A stretch of 63,679 nucleotides of DNA, filler included, from Lenisia limosa (Eukaryota > Protista > Breviatea), in NCBI GenBank assembly GCA_001655205.1. It is 11 parts of 11 records of this genome, joined end to end, with 100 filler letters (N's around TTAATTAATTAA, not from the genome) between each part and the next. Parts side by side here need not be neighbours in the genome. Positions count along the whole stretch, not along the records: positions 28,500 to 36,475 come from LPNZ01010549.1; positions 36,576 to 38,088 come from LPNZ01004837.1; positions 38,189 to 45,765 come from LPNZ01006383.1; 8 more parts are not named here. One strand, given 5' to 3'. Below, in pieces: positions 31,273 to 44,200 of the stretch (its first letter is position 1; each line of letters opens with the position of its first letter). A model generated the notes under the pieces. The model had not been told where the DNA came from. It made no database searches and was given only the letters and a program-made list of their open reading frames with translations. The position numbers and the translations under genes were made by a program.

Positions 31273-34200
31273 ATGATGGTTGAAACAACTTCAGAACTCA
31301 ATATAAAGCCTGCTGGATCTTTACTCTCCAGTCGGTCAAGAGGTTCGTCGTACTCTCGTCCAATTAATAGCCCTGCTGTCTCGAGTTTCAATGGCAAACC
31401 ACATGTTGGTTTGCAGTCAGTTGTTGCAAAAGGGCAATGGCTGAAAGGCAAACGGTCTATTATTCCGGAGTCTTCTGCTGTTTCGTATGGAAACACAGCG
31501 CAAACTACAGGAAAGACAGAGAATTCAACATTTGTCAGCTCAGCTCAGCGTTCGAGTAAGTAAAATTTCTTTCCCCTTTCTTCTGACAATCTCAGTCGCG
31601 TCAGCAATGATAGGCTGTGTTCTTTCAGTAGCAAAGGTATGTTCAGAAAGATATATGAGCCTTGCGCATTTATCACTTTATATTTTATTTTGATTTCCTG
31701 TTAGATTGGAAGGGACCCTCTTGATTCGCCTTCTACTGCAGCGACTAAGGCAGGAGTTAATATTGCAGTTGTTTTCTGCACGGTGTGTAGCATCGGATGG
31801 TTTGTAGGGATTTCATTCAACAGTTTTGTGAGGAGAATATCAGCATTTGCGACCCTCTAATTCTTACCAGGGGTCTCTGCATGTGCTACTTTGACTATTT
31901 TGAAGGTAAGAGGAGGCTTGCTTGGATGGTTGGGGATTACTATCTGTTCCTCCAATAGGGCGATCCCCCAATCTTGATTGTCCTTTAGGCGGACTCTCAG
32001 CCCTGGCGTTCTCCTTCATCATGACTCCTTCTTTCATTTTCATCAACAGAAGAACCCATTTCAATCTTTTCCGGTATGTTATGGAAGGGAAGAGGGGCGT
32101 GTTTCCGCATTCCAATTGCTACCTGCTTCATCTTCCCTCTATTCACACCATAGCACCCTGTTCCTGTTTATGCTAGCAATGTGTCCACTTGCAGTACATT
32201 TCTTTATGGGAGGCTTCCATTATTCAAGGTATTGTCATCTTGCATTTTGTTTCATAAATCATCTTCGGACAATTTATTATACCGCCTTTTGCTCAAGTGT
32301 CGGGTTTTTACCGCCATCACCAATGGTCGCCTGACTTAAATGATGATATACATTGGCAAGGGTTATTCACAAGGTGTATTGCTTCAGAAGTCTGATATGA
32401 ATTGTCGCGGTGTTTTTTCCCGAAGACACCACAGACAATAATCCATTTAGTGTGGTTGTCAACTGGGCCATCTTCTCACCAGTTGGCGGAATCATTTTCA
32501 GAGCCTCGTGAGGGGGCAATATCCAAAATATTTGAGCAAAATGAGAATTATGGGGGTAAATTCTTTGTTTGTGGAAACCTGAAATATTCTTATGCTGCGC
32601 AAATAGTTTTTCTATGTTCTGTGAACTGGATAATGTGTCATTTTATTCCCTTTCTGCATAGAGTTTCTATTGTCGCTTTGAGTCTTTTATTTGGTTTTGA
32701 CTTGACAGGCAACGGGTGGTTCGAGCGCTCTTTGCGATGTTTCTCGTGGCTCTTGTCATTTTTGGACTGATCGAAGAGGACTTGCAGGTTTGTTTATCTA
32801 ATTCTGATTATGTTAGAACTGGTTTTTTTGGGCCTCCCTTTTCCCTTATGCCATTCGTTTTTCTGAGAGTGGAAATTGTGAGTCCCATTGACCTTCTAGG
32901 ATTCCACCGAAAAGGGGCCAGAAAAGTACATTCTCACCTTCTTTGTCCTCAACCTTGCCGGACCAGGGATGCTTCTTGTTATTAGGTCGGTAACCTGAAA
33001 AACCTTTTGCTTTTTAAAAAAAAACCCCATGTCTACAATAAGATGGACATAAAACCCCATGTCTACAATAAGATGGACAGAAAACCCCATGTCTACAATA
33101 AGATGGACAGAAAACCCCATGTCTACACTACAATAAGATGGACAGAAAACCCCATGTCTACAATAAGATGGACAGAAAACCCCATGTTTACACAATAAGA
33201 TGGACAGAATCTTGCTCACGTTATGACCATTCTAGTTTCTTGTACTACAGCTCTCAGCTGGTACAGGAGCAGCAACTCTCGGACTATCTTCTCCACCAAA
33301 TATACCCAGCCATGGTTGTCAAGGCGCTGAGGTTGGTAATCACTTGTGTTTGTAAATGTGTACCTGTCCTGATAAAAAATAAAAACAAAGGTAGTATCGC
33401 AACTCACACACTTCAGGAATGGCGAGCCAGTGACACCGCAAAGTAAGCATGGCGGTGGTGTTATGGTCTGACTGAAATTTCAGAAACATTCATGATTCAT
33501 ATCAATATTCCTTTAATTGGAACTAGATGCGTTTCCTCAAGCGCTTTCCTATTTTTGAATTTGAGACAGCTGAACAGTTATCTGCTGCACAGGGCCTCTT
33601 TTTTACCCTTCAGCCTACTCATCCGTCACCATTCTTTTCACGGACATTGTCGGCTTCACAGAGATGTCGTCACATCTCAACCCGGTAGGCTGAGGTTTTC
33701 CGTTCCGGGCTTGGCTTTAAAAACTGTTGAGGAGGATGTGGTACGTCTGTTTGAAGTGATTGGGTTGGTCTGTATTACTTCTTACATGTATTATTTCTAT
33801 TCCGCTTTTCCAAAATGCACATTACGAGGAAAGAAGTAGGGGGCAATCCACCTCCCACCTTTTTTACAAGGTTTCTGCAGTATATACATGTATATTAACA
33901 CCCCAGGATGACGTGGTACATTTCCTGAACATGATCTATACCGTCTTCGACACCTTGATTGAAAACTACGAGGAGCTGTGTTACAAAGTATTTTGGGCAT
34001 CGTGTTTTTGTAAATGCCCCCCCCCCCCCNNNNNNNNNNNNNNNNNNNNNNNNNNNNNNNNNNNNNNNNNNNNNNNNNNNNNNNNNNNNNNNNNNNNNNN
34101 NNNNNNNNNNNNNNNNNNNNNNNNNNNNNNNNNNNNNNNNNNNNNNNNNNNNNNAGTTGTCATTTTTCATCCACCAGGTTGAGACGATAGGAGACGAGTA

Positions 34201-35650
34201 TTTCGTTGTTGGAGGGGCACCAACACCCACCAGCACACACGCTTCTGATGTGGCCAACTTGGCACTCAATATGCGATCGGTAAGAGCACAGCATGATGCC
34301 ATATCATTAAGAATATGTTATTAATCATATTGTCATATCACATCATAGTAATATTCTCCTCTTCTATTTTGTCTTATTGACCATGGAAAATCTTAACTGA
34401 TTTTTCTGAAAAGAATGAGAATTTCCAGGGTGACTGACCGCATAATCTTACGCTCTGCATTTGAACTAGTTACACATTCTATATGCCAACATCGAATTGA
34501 CGATCCGTTCTTTCTTGTATTTACGTTCAAGTCAGTGGAAGAAATGCGGGACCCTTTCGGCGATCCTCTTCGCGTCCGAATGGGGATGCATTCTGGTGGG
34601 GGGTAGAGTCCCAGTGGTTTGGAGGATACACCTGGTTATTGTTTAATGCAGCACACCTCCTCTAACCATATTGCAACCACTCCTTGACTTGATAGGGCCG
34701 ATTGTTGCTGGAGTTATGGGCCTTCGAAATCCTCGGTACACACTCCAGGGTGATACCGTCAACACCGCCTCAAGAAGTGGGAGGGGTAGCAGTGCAATAA
34801 TGGAATAATGGACCAAGCTTGGCTATGTTTTCAAAAACCGTCGACGATTTCGACAAATGACCCCCCCCCCCCTCCCCANNNNNNNNNNNNNNNNNNNNNN
34901 NNNNNNNNNNNNNNNNNNNNNNNNNNNNNNNNNNNNNNNNNNNNNNNNNNNNNNNNNNNNNNNNNNNNNNNNNNNNNNNNNNNNNNNNNNNNNGCGACTG
35001 TGGGGCTGCTGACGTCTTCCGGCGGCTTCACCTTCCAGTCACGCGGAATGGTGGATATCAAGGGCAAGGTGGGTGGAATACATATACATAACATCGTAAT
35101 GAATATTACGTATCATATGATATTATATCATACTGGTACAAAATATTACATGGGGCTATAACCCCCCCCCCCCNNNNNNNNNNNNNNNNNNNNNNNNNNN
35201 NNNNNNNNNNNNNNNNNNNNNNNNNNNNNNNNNNNNNNNNNNNNNNNNNNNNNNNNNNNNNNNNNNNNNNNNNNNNNNNNNNNNNNNNNNNNNNNNNAAG
35301 TTCGGCTAAGGCCCCCGTTTCCACTCTCAACTCCCCCAAAACAGCATGTAGCTCACCTAAGGGAGTGCCCATCCAGCCACTCCCGGTTTGCTGGCGGGCT
35401 TGAGAGAACTGGTCGTTTGACACATAATAATAGTTTTAGATTGCTGTATCAATTAACATTCTGTTCATCAGACAGTCTTTTCCAGCTAACTCACCCCACA
35501 TCAGATATCGTTATCAAGTCGGCATCTGAAGGAGCTTTCTGTTCAGCCTCGAGAGTCCTTGGCCGAGGCTTGGGTAACGGACGACTACTCCAACGTAGGG
35601 AAGCTCATACATTTGAAGGAGATATGATATTATATGATTTATAGTATTGC
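31273..35650 (+). CDS. Membrane-anchored class III nucleotidyl cyclase (guanylate-cyclase-like); 3' end uncertain, possibly to ~36200
   Basis: Ser-rich N-terminus and hydrophobic exons, then AYSSVTILFTDIVGFTEMSSHLNP|DDVVHFLNMIYTVFDTLIENYEELCYK|VETIGDEYFVVGG...|DPLRVRMGMHSG|PIVAGVMGLRNPRYTLQGDTVNTASR|...FQSRGMVDIKGK. Confidence 0.9.
33023..33207. repeat. Intronic minisatellite, 30-bp unit (AAAACCCCATGTCTACAATAAGATGGACAG), ~6 copies
   Basis: Head-to-tail copies with no unique spacers. Confidence 0.95.
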
Positions 35651-36575
35651 ATACATGTGCTATAATATGTAGTATTAGTACCCCAGGAAAGGAGGTTTGA
35701 TGGGTATTGGAGGTGTGAATAAGAAGAACAGAATTACCAACCTAATGTACCTAATACAGGAGGCTGTTATTTTCTCGTTTGTCACTTGTTTGATATCGCC
35801 AAATTATTACTGGAGTTCTGAGCCTTTAATCTCTACCCAAACCTAAAGTTTGTTATTCACCCTCTAGGTTAAAGCAGCGCAGTCCCCCCGCTCAGAAGCC
35901 TATCTATTCAAGGGCCCAACGGAGTTTGTCACTGACTCATAAAAGACGTTTTATCTATTTCTATTTTCTACATCTTTTTATCTTCTGTTTCTTGTGTGTT
36001 ATTAGGTTCTGGAGGAACTATGTTATGAATTGTATTTTCTGTAATGCCAGTTCTGTTTCGAAGGAGAGAATAGAAAAGACTGATATAGTTCTGGTCTCAT
36101 CTGGCCAATGGGCGGACCTCGTCAATACCCTGAGGTCCAGACCATCTGGTTGGTTTAAAAGTAGGTCAGTGACCAGATGTCAGCAACGTTTCTGCCAATG
36201 CCGAGTAAACATCTCGTCAAAATGTCTGATACTACAATTCCATTCAAAAAACAATACAGAAAGAAAGAGATACAATTATTCACAACAAAACCTAAGAAGT
36301 CAAACAAATACAATGCATGTCTGTCGAGAAATGAGTATATGAGATATGATGCATATAGTATCAGATCTAAATTGACCCATGTTACAACCCTTATGAATGA
36401 GAGGTGCCAAAAGGAATTCCATAATGGCTGCCGATTTGATTGTACAGGCTGACAGATGATATTGCTACCAACTACNNNNNNNNNNNNNNNNNNNNNNNNN
36501 NNNNNNNNNNNNNNNNNNNTTAATTAATTAANNNNNNNNNNNNNNNNNNNNNNNNNNNNNNNNNNNNNNNNNNNN

Positions 36576-37835
36576 GGATGAAAGCACGCGGTTATTGCGG
36601 TTCTTGACGAAGGTGGCGATAGATTTGACCACCAGAGTTGAGGTGTCAAGCATCGCATCTGTCTTGAAGACGGTTTGAATAGCATCTTGAACAATGGCAG
36701 CTTCCTAATATGGTAAGTTTTGAGGGCAGTTTCCTAATATGGTAAGTCTTGATTTCCTAATATGGTAGTCTTGAACAATAGTGCCATGACATTTAAATTC
36801 ATAATTGCTTACCCCATCCCACTTATAGAACTATATCTCCACCATTACATTCACCTTTCCCCAGGTTTATTGTTTATTTCTTATTTTGAAACAAGAAAAA
36901 GCATATCATATGGAAATCTAAGGAAACAAATAAATACATATTTCATAAATTGTCCATTGCTACCCCCCCCCCCCNNNNNNNNNNNNNNNNNNNNNNNNNN
37001 NNNNNNNNNNNNNNNNNNNNNNCAAATTGGGGTGGAAGTTGAATGAAGGCCGGGAGGAGAGCAGCTTGCATTGTGCCTGGCGAGGGGGCAAAGATAAAAT
37101 GGAGAATTCATGATACAAAATAACGAATCAACCCTGTTGGCTGACAACACACGAGGGTAGAGAACACACAAAACAAACAAAGCCCAGGCCAGTCGTTTCT
37201 GCAGCATCGCATCCCTCACTCCAGCGTGGGGCAAAACAAAGGAAATTTCGATGAAGCAATTGGTGTAAAAGCCGTAATCACGAACCGAATAATTATATTA
37301 ACCCCTCAGAACATGATCAATTACCCCCAAACGGTGAGACAGGTCTTTTTGATTTTGAGATCAACAGGTTCCTTCGAGGGCGAAAGCGCTATTGAGAGTT
37401 ATGGACCCTGGTTTCAATAGAATACAATAAAGTTGGTTTGAATTGGTAAGAGACTTATTGTTCTTATTGATCCAAAAAATGAATTAAAAGTTTAGAACAT
37501 GAAACTTGAGCTATATATTAGTATTAGGTTCAAAGTATGCGAGGACGAATTTAATGAAAACNNNNNNNNNNNNNNNNNNNNNNNNNNNNNNNNNNNNNNN
37601 NNNNNNNNNNNNNNNNNNNNNNNNNNNNNNNNNNNNNNNNNNNNNNNNNNNNNNNNNNNNNNNNNNNNNNNNNNNNNNNNNNNNNNGATATTTATCGAGG
37701 AATTATCAAGAATTTGGGAACCAAAAGTGCAGCTCTACATTCAGCCTCCCCTCACCCTTCATTTTAGCTTCCAGGAACTTGATGAAACGATGGTAGGAGC
37801 TGAGCATGGTTTGCTAAACAGTGAAACCGTTGACC
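36576..37835 (-). CDS. NOC3L: Nucleolar complex protein 3 homolog (partial)
   Basis: Minus-strand exons QTMLSSYHRFIKFLEAKMK, AQCKLLSSRPSFNFHPNL, AIQTVFKTDAMLDTSTLVVKSIATFVKNRNNRVLS follow the order of NOC3 motifs as I recall them (L..Y..yl..Le; ELL..PHFNF..N; F..D....l..i...vK.r). Confidence 0.7.
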
Positions 37836-38205
37836 AGGAAAGCCCACATTTCGATATATAAAAAGCACTGGGCATATATCGCTATGATGTCTAAGGTTCA
37901 TGTTTTTAACTCGGTATACATATCTTATTTATGTATTACGCTCGCGTATCTAAACGAGGTCACAAAAAGCTCGTGTGTTTGAATATTTATATATGTACAA
38001 AAAAAAAGACGGAATTTCTCGATAAACCCGTCTTTTTCGAACGGACGTGAAGCCCTTAGGGATATATATCATATAACCCCCCCCCCCCNNNNNNNNNNNN
38101 NNNNNNNNNNNNNNNNNNNNNNNNNNNNNNNNTTAATTAATTAANNNNNNNNNNNNNNNNNNNNNNNNNNNNNNNNNNNNNNNNNNNNCCCCCCCCCCCC
38201 CTTCA

Positions 38206-41200
38206 GAGTGAGCGAGGGCATGTCAGGCCCTTTTGTCACCAACTTCATGAGAACCAAGGCATCAATTCACGAGGTTTGCACAATGTACGAGTAGGGCTTC
38301 ACTTCGGTTCGAAAAAGACTGATTGATCATCGAAAATTGTCACTATTTTCTGGTATTTTTTGAACCTAATTGAAGCCCAAAGCACGAGGCCATCAAGTAC
38401 TCCAATGTGGTCGTTTTGACTGGAAATATGCAGAGGGGTTACACCTTAATGAGGTAAAACTCTACTATATTAATAATAAGTGTGCCCATTATCATCTTTT
38501 TTGTGCGATGTTCACCTGTAGTTATACAAGGATTTCAAATGGGGAAAGCTGTCTCGAATATCTGAAGCACGCTATTTCACGACACAATGCTTCAATTTCA
38601 CAATTCAAGCATTTATCCCAAATTCCATCCCCAGCACCTTGCCCTCACTCCCCTGCTCAACTAGATTTTGTATTTATGACTACTGGCATACTATTACAAC
38701 AATTGAGATATTTCCCCACTTACCCTCAACATCTCCATTTGACCCCATTATTCAGACATTCTACAAGATTATTCGAGCTTTTCACAAAAATTGAATCATT
38801 CTCATCTCACAATCCAGGTCACTCACAATCTTGGATGTGACCACTGGGGAGGACCAATTTCAGACGTGAGTTGGAGGGGGAGAGGTATATAATATATATT
38901 TGAGACATTCAAATGTTATGGCATTCTTCCCTGCGTCTGAAAAACTGATACAGGATCGATAATTTCTCAAACAATTCCGTCTTTTTCGGGACCTTATGGA
39001 ACCTAATAATTTTCTTAGATTGTTTTTAGTTTCTCTAATTTCCTTAGATTATGTTTGGAAACGCTCTTGTGTTGCCATGGACTGTGAGTGGGGGGTATGT
39101 AAAACAACAACGAAATGGAAACTTGGTTGCTATGGGATGTCTCAACATTAACTGATTCGGTGTTGTTTTTGGCTTGTAAAAAAATGTGATGGTTCTTTAA
39201 ATAAACGTCTTTAGTTGCAAAAATTTACCTTTTAGTTGTTAATGCTGTTCATATAAATACTACTTTTATCCCTTATCTACAGACGCGGCCACCTCCTTTT
39301 TAGATGAGCTGTTTTTTTACACAATTTCTAATTCTCCTTTACTCGCCTATCCAGTTTGGTACCCAGGTCGAAGAAGAGGTCAAGGCTTCCCTAAACAACC
39401 CTGTCAAATGGACATGTTTGGATGAAGAAGGTTTGGATGAGGAGCGGAGGGTTGTTTAGTGTATTATTTAACACTATTTCATTAAAGCTGATTTATTACG
39501 ACTTTGTTCAATTAATCCTAATTTTAAAATTACAGTGTCTGGAATTATGTTTTCGTTACAATATGTCGCCAAATCAATTTGAACCGAAACTGTTGACTTT
39601 TTTAAAACAGCCCACCATTTTTCAAGCTCAAAAGCAGTGTTCCCCTTTATTCTGAGGTTTTAGTTACAGTTACAATTGCGCCAAAATGCGGAAATGGGAT
39701 TGTTGACGACGGTGAAGACTGGTATGATGGTGATGTTGATTACTGTGCTGATGATGGAAATGATGATTGTGGTGATGATGGTAATGATAGTGATGATGAC
39801 GGTGATGATGGTGGTGATGATGATGATGGTGATAGTGACGATGATGATGGTGATGATGATGATGGTGATAGTGACGATGATGATGGTGATGATGGTGGTG
39901 GTGATGATGATGATGGTGATGATGATGATGGTGATGATGGTGGTGGTGATGATGGTGGTGGTGATGATGAAGACTGTTATGATGGTGTTTACATTTGCAT
40001 CTGCGGGTATGGGTACACATTTCACACCACTCTCTCCTCCTCCTTACCTCTTTTTAATGTTTTATCCCCTCTATTGTTATATCCCACACCCTCACTATAT
40101 CCGTTCCTATTGAAATGATTGGGTTAATCGATATTATACTATAATCCAATAACTCTAATAGCGTGATGGTGTGGACGGCTTCAGCAGATACAACCTTAAT
40201 TTCCATTTCTAATTGCTAGATATGTATATCTTCCCCCCACCCACTCCACTATTAACAATACCTCCCAGTGACTGCGGTTTTGCTGGATGTGAGGCTGCGG
40301 GAGACAAGTGTTGCAACGAAAGCACCTGTAAACTCTTGGCAGGGAAGCAATGCAGGTTTGGTGGTTGAGGAATAGATGGATATGTCGATATACTAATAGA
40401 ACAAATCGAGAATGTCCAAAATAACTTTAGAAATTTTGAGGTGATAGCAATATTTTTTTAAAAAAATTCCTTCCTTTTACCCCCCCCCCCNNNNNNNNNN
40501 NNNNNNNNNNNNNNNNNNNNNNNNNNNNNNNNNNNNNNNNNNNNNNNNNNNNNNNNNNNNNNNNNNNNNNNNNNNNNNNNNNCGCAGGTTTTACGTAAGT
40601 ACGGAATATTTGTCTTACCTTCCTAGCCCCAAATAATCTTCTTACTACCTAACCTTGAGTCCGTGACATGGATACTGGGCAGCTTTATCTTGAGCGAAAA
40701 CTAATTCTATTATTCTCTTTTTTTGTTTTGTGCTTTTTTGTTTCATAAATTTTCCAATTTTACTCCCCTTCCCCACAGTAATCTATATCACCTTATCCCA
40801 CAGGTGCCACACAGCAATCTCGAGCCAGTGTGAGGATAACAAGCAATGCTCGGGTACCAATGCGAATTGCCCCAACCGTTTGGGGGGGAGGGTATTAGGG
40901 CTTCCGTGCGGTCCCTCGATAACTATCGATATTTTACCAGGTATTTTTCGGACCGTAAGGGAGGGGGGGATTTGTAGTTTGGGAAATTTAGGTGTCCATT
41001 TCTACCATAAGATTACCCTCAATAACCCCCTTTCAGGCACATTCAGAGCAACCGGCACGGCTTGTAGTGACGGCTTCGGCTCTGTGGGGGAGGATATTGG
41101 ATATTGCGTTGTTATTACATTTGCATATGATATATTTTCATTTGTAATAGCGTAACTCTGTTAAAACCAAATTAAATTATATAAAAATTGTTTACTCAAA

Positions 41201-44200
41201 ATGGGGTACAATCACTTTACATACATACATATCATATGATCATATATAATAATATACATGATATATTTTGTTTATATCAGCCCCTTTCCCCCACCCAGAA
41301 TTGATTCTAGATTCCTTCAGAAATTTTCCATTCATCCATAAATTTTCTAATCCCCCCCTCCCCTATTTTTTGTTTGGAGGTTCAGATTATTCGGTTCGTG
41401 TTTAGTACCTTTACGCCAATATTCTTCATCGAAATTTCCTTCGTTTTACTCCGCCCCTCCCCTCCCCAGAGTGGAGCGACCAAAAAGGCGCAATGCTTCA
41501 ATGGCGAGTGTTTGTCCAACCAAAAACAGTGCAAATTCCAGGATAATGTTGACTTGTGAGGGGGGGTGTGTAGTGAGTTGTAAGCAAATGATTGGGTGAA
41601 TTAGTAATTTTACTATAATCCATCATCTCTTTTAAGCGTGATGTGTAGTCGGCTTCGGTCAGATACAGCTGTGTTTTATTTCTCATCGCATCTTACCCCT
41701 TACCTTCGCAGCTGTTACGTCACGGGATACGAAACTGTCGGGTGTTGGTACAGCTCTTGTGTAGGGGTGTCATATTTAGATTTTGTATGGATATATCTGA
41801 TAGCTCTTGTTTAGGGGGGGTACCGCAAGAGAACTTCGGTCCGAAAAGAGGTGTTGATTTTTTATTGCTCCTTTTCTAGGGCTTCACTTCAGTTCGAAAA
41901 AAACAGATAAAATATCGATGGTTTTCGAGGATTTATCGAGAAATTTAGTCATTTTTGAACCGAAGTGAAGCCCTATCTTTTTCGGGCTGGTTTAGCTATT
42001 GTGTATGGGTGTANNNNNNNNNNNNNNNNNNNNNNNNNNNNNNNNNNNNNNNNNNNNNNNNNNNNNNNNNNNNNNNNNNNNNNNNNNNNNNNTCCAACTT
42101 TATCCAACTTTGTTCTTTTTGCCAAGATTTGACGCTCTCATCAAATCAGGGCTGCACGCACAACAAATACCGCGTACCTTTGGATGGAATGCCTTGTGGC
42201 GCTGACACTTCCTGTTATGGTGGGGGATAGGAGTATAATACCTTTGTGATTTATTAACCAATAGATATGATATGGAGTGCATTGCCAATGAGGTCATAAA
42301 TATGGAGTGCATTGCCAATGAGGCTGGAATGTAACATATATTACCTAAAAGGCATGGAGTGTAACATATAGAGTATATATTAACCAATAGGTATGGAGTG
42401 CATTGCCAATGAGGCCATTGACGTCTTTATTTCTGGCGGCTCCGCATCATGGTGGGTGGAGGGGAGAGGAGCATTTGGTGGGGTTATATCCTTGATGGAG
42501 GTTGGGTGAGTCTTGGAGGTGCTAACGTGGTATTATAGGACCTCACTTCACTTGCATCTTGTATAAAGTGATTTATCCTCCTTAAATTTCAAATATAAAT
42601 TCTCTTGCTCAACCTTATTGCCACTATTTTCCATCGATATATCCTTCTGGATTGACAGAACCTGGACTTTGTTTTGTTATTTTTAACCATCGTGGGTTGC
42701 TAGCCGACAGAGTTGATTTTGGACTCTTTTTTTGTTGGAACAAAAATTTCCCCATCACTCCCTGTAGGTCAGCCTCTGCCTGGGGGCAGTGTGACTGTGA
42801 CACCCTGCTTATGTCAGCGGATGTCGAATGCAAGGTCTGTGCTTGTTCGAGTTAAAATTGGGAGCTTTGGTCTAGTTGGTATTTGGAGAGTTGAGGAACC
42901 CATAGAAATTCAGAGTACCAGGGTTTTTTTATGTTGAAAGTTGTTGTTTGGTGAATTGCCAATATCATTGAACGGTTTCATCTTCTGATATGCTATATCA
43001 TATGATATGTAATTCTATTTGCTGCTAGACAAATGCAAGCTACTCTCTCATCTGAATTAAAAGGCAAATGTTTGGGTGGAATGATATTATATACTATAAT
43101 CCAATATTTCTTATGGTGTGGACGGCTTCGGCCAGATAAAATCTTATTTTTTTATTTCTCATTACAGTTTATTCTCTTTCTCACCTTCAAGGTCAATGGC
43201 AAACCAGTTCCAACGAAATATTGTCCCACATCCCTGCCTACGACTCTCCAACCAAAATCGTGTACACCTGAAAGTATGTTGTTTTTCAAAGAGTTAGGAA
43301 GTAGAATCCCAAGGTGGGGGTATAATGTATACTCTCTACATAATTGTAAGATTGTTGATGATCCAATTGTTATGTTACAGTGACCATATTTTCTACTGTA
43401 TCATGAAACTATTCTCTTTTTATATTACACTATATACTACTACATATATCGATATAGTTTACTATGTACACTGTATGTGATTTTGTTCATAAAAAAATAA
43501 TAATATTTGAAGATGTATATATTTATCTTATCTTTATCTTCATATGGTAACTGATACGTAATAGCATATTACTGTCATAGTTATTATATATATTACAAAT
43601 ATATCTCAAAAAAGCAATGAGAAATAAAAAAGATGTATTTTTTTATTATTTTTTTAAGAAACAAAAAGATATTGGATTGTAGAATAAAATTAATTTACCA
43701 AAACATTTGCCTTACAACATTGTGCACACAGCTTTCTGCGTGCCTCCCCAGCATACTGTCTTATATTTTGGTATCCGCATGAGTTTTTTTATGAGTATCC
43801 CAGTCTTTTCCCTGCTCCCAAAAAGGAACCCAATCCATGACAGTTTAGATTGCTTCTTAGACGATATGTCTCTAATGACTGAGACTAACAGTACATCCCC
43901 AGGTTTGTCTTTTTGTTATTTTATTTTTCATCATAATATTGGGAGATAGTTGTTATCTAGCCAGTGTTTCAACAAATAACAAAGTTGCTTTAATTACGTA
44001 TTATACGTTTTACCTATCAATTCACTTTACAGCAACCGAAAGGGCCAGTGTTGTTCCCTACTTCATCTCTGGAGTAAGTTGAATAGATGATGACTCTCAT
44101 TATTCAGGCTTTTTTCTTACTAATTTTATTAGATTAGGGACATAGATATCATATAGTAGTATAGATACCATACTAAATGTCACATAATTGCAATTTAGTA

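Noticed and set aside
33023-33207. 30-bp repeats resembling a CRISPR array
   Set aside because: Head-to-tail copies with no unique spacers, inside a eukaryotic intron, and no cas genes.
36576-37861. Plus-strand exon readings in this scaffold
   Set aside because: The minus strand gives three ordered NOC3-like motifs with proper splice sites.
39670-40113. Poly-His and poly-Met/Val ORFs
   Set aside because: They are translations of a (GAT/GGT)n microsatellite inside the intron that splits the ADAM disintegrin GEDC|DCG motif.
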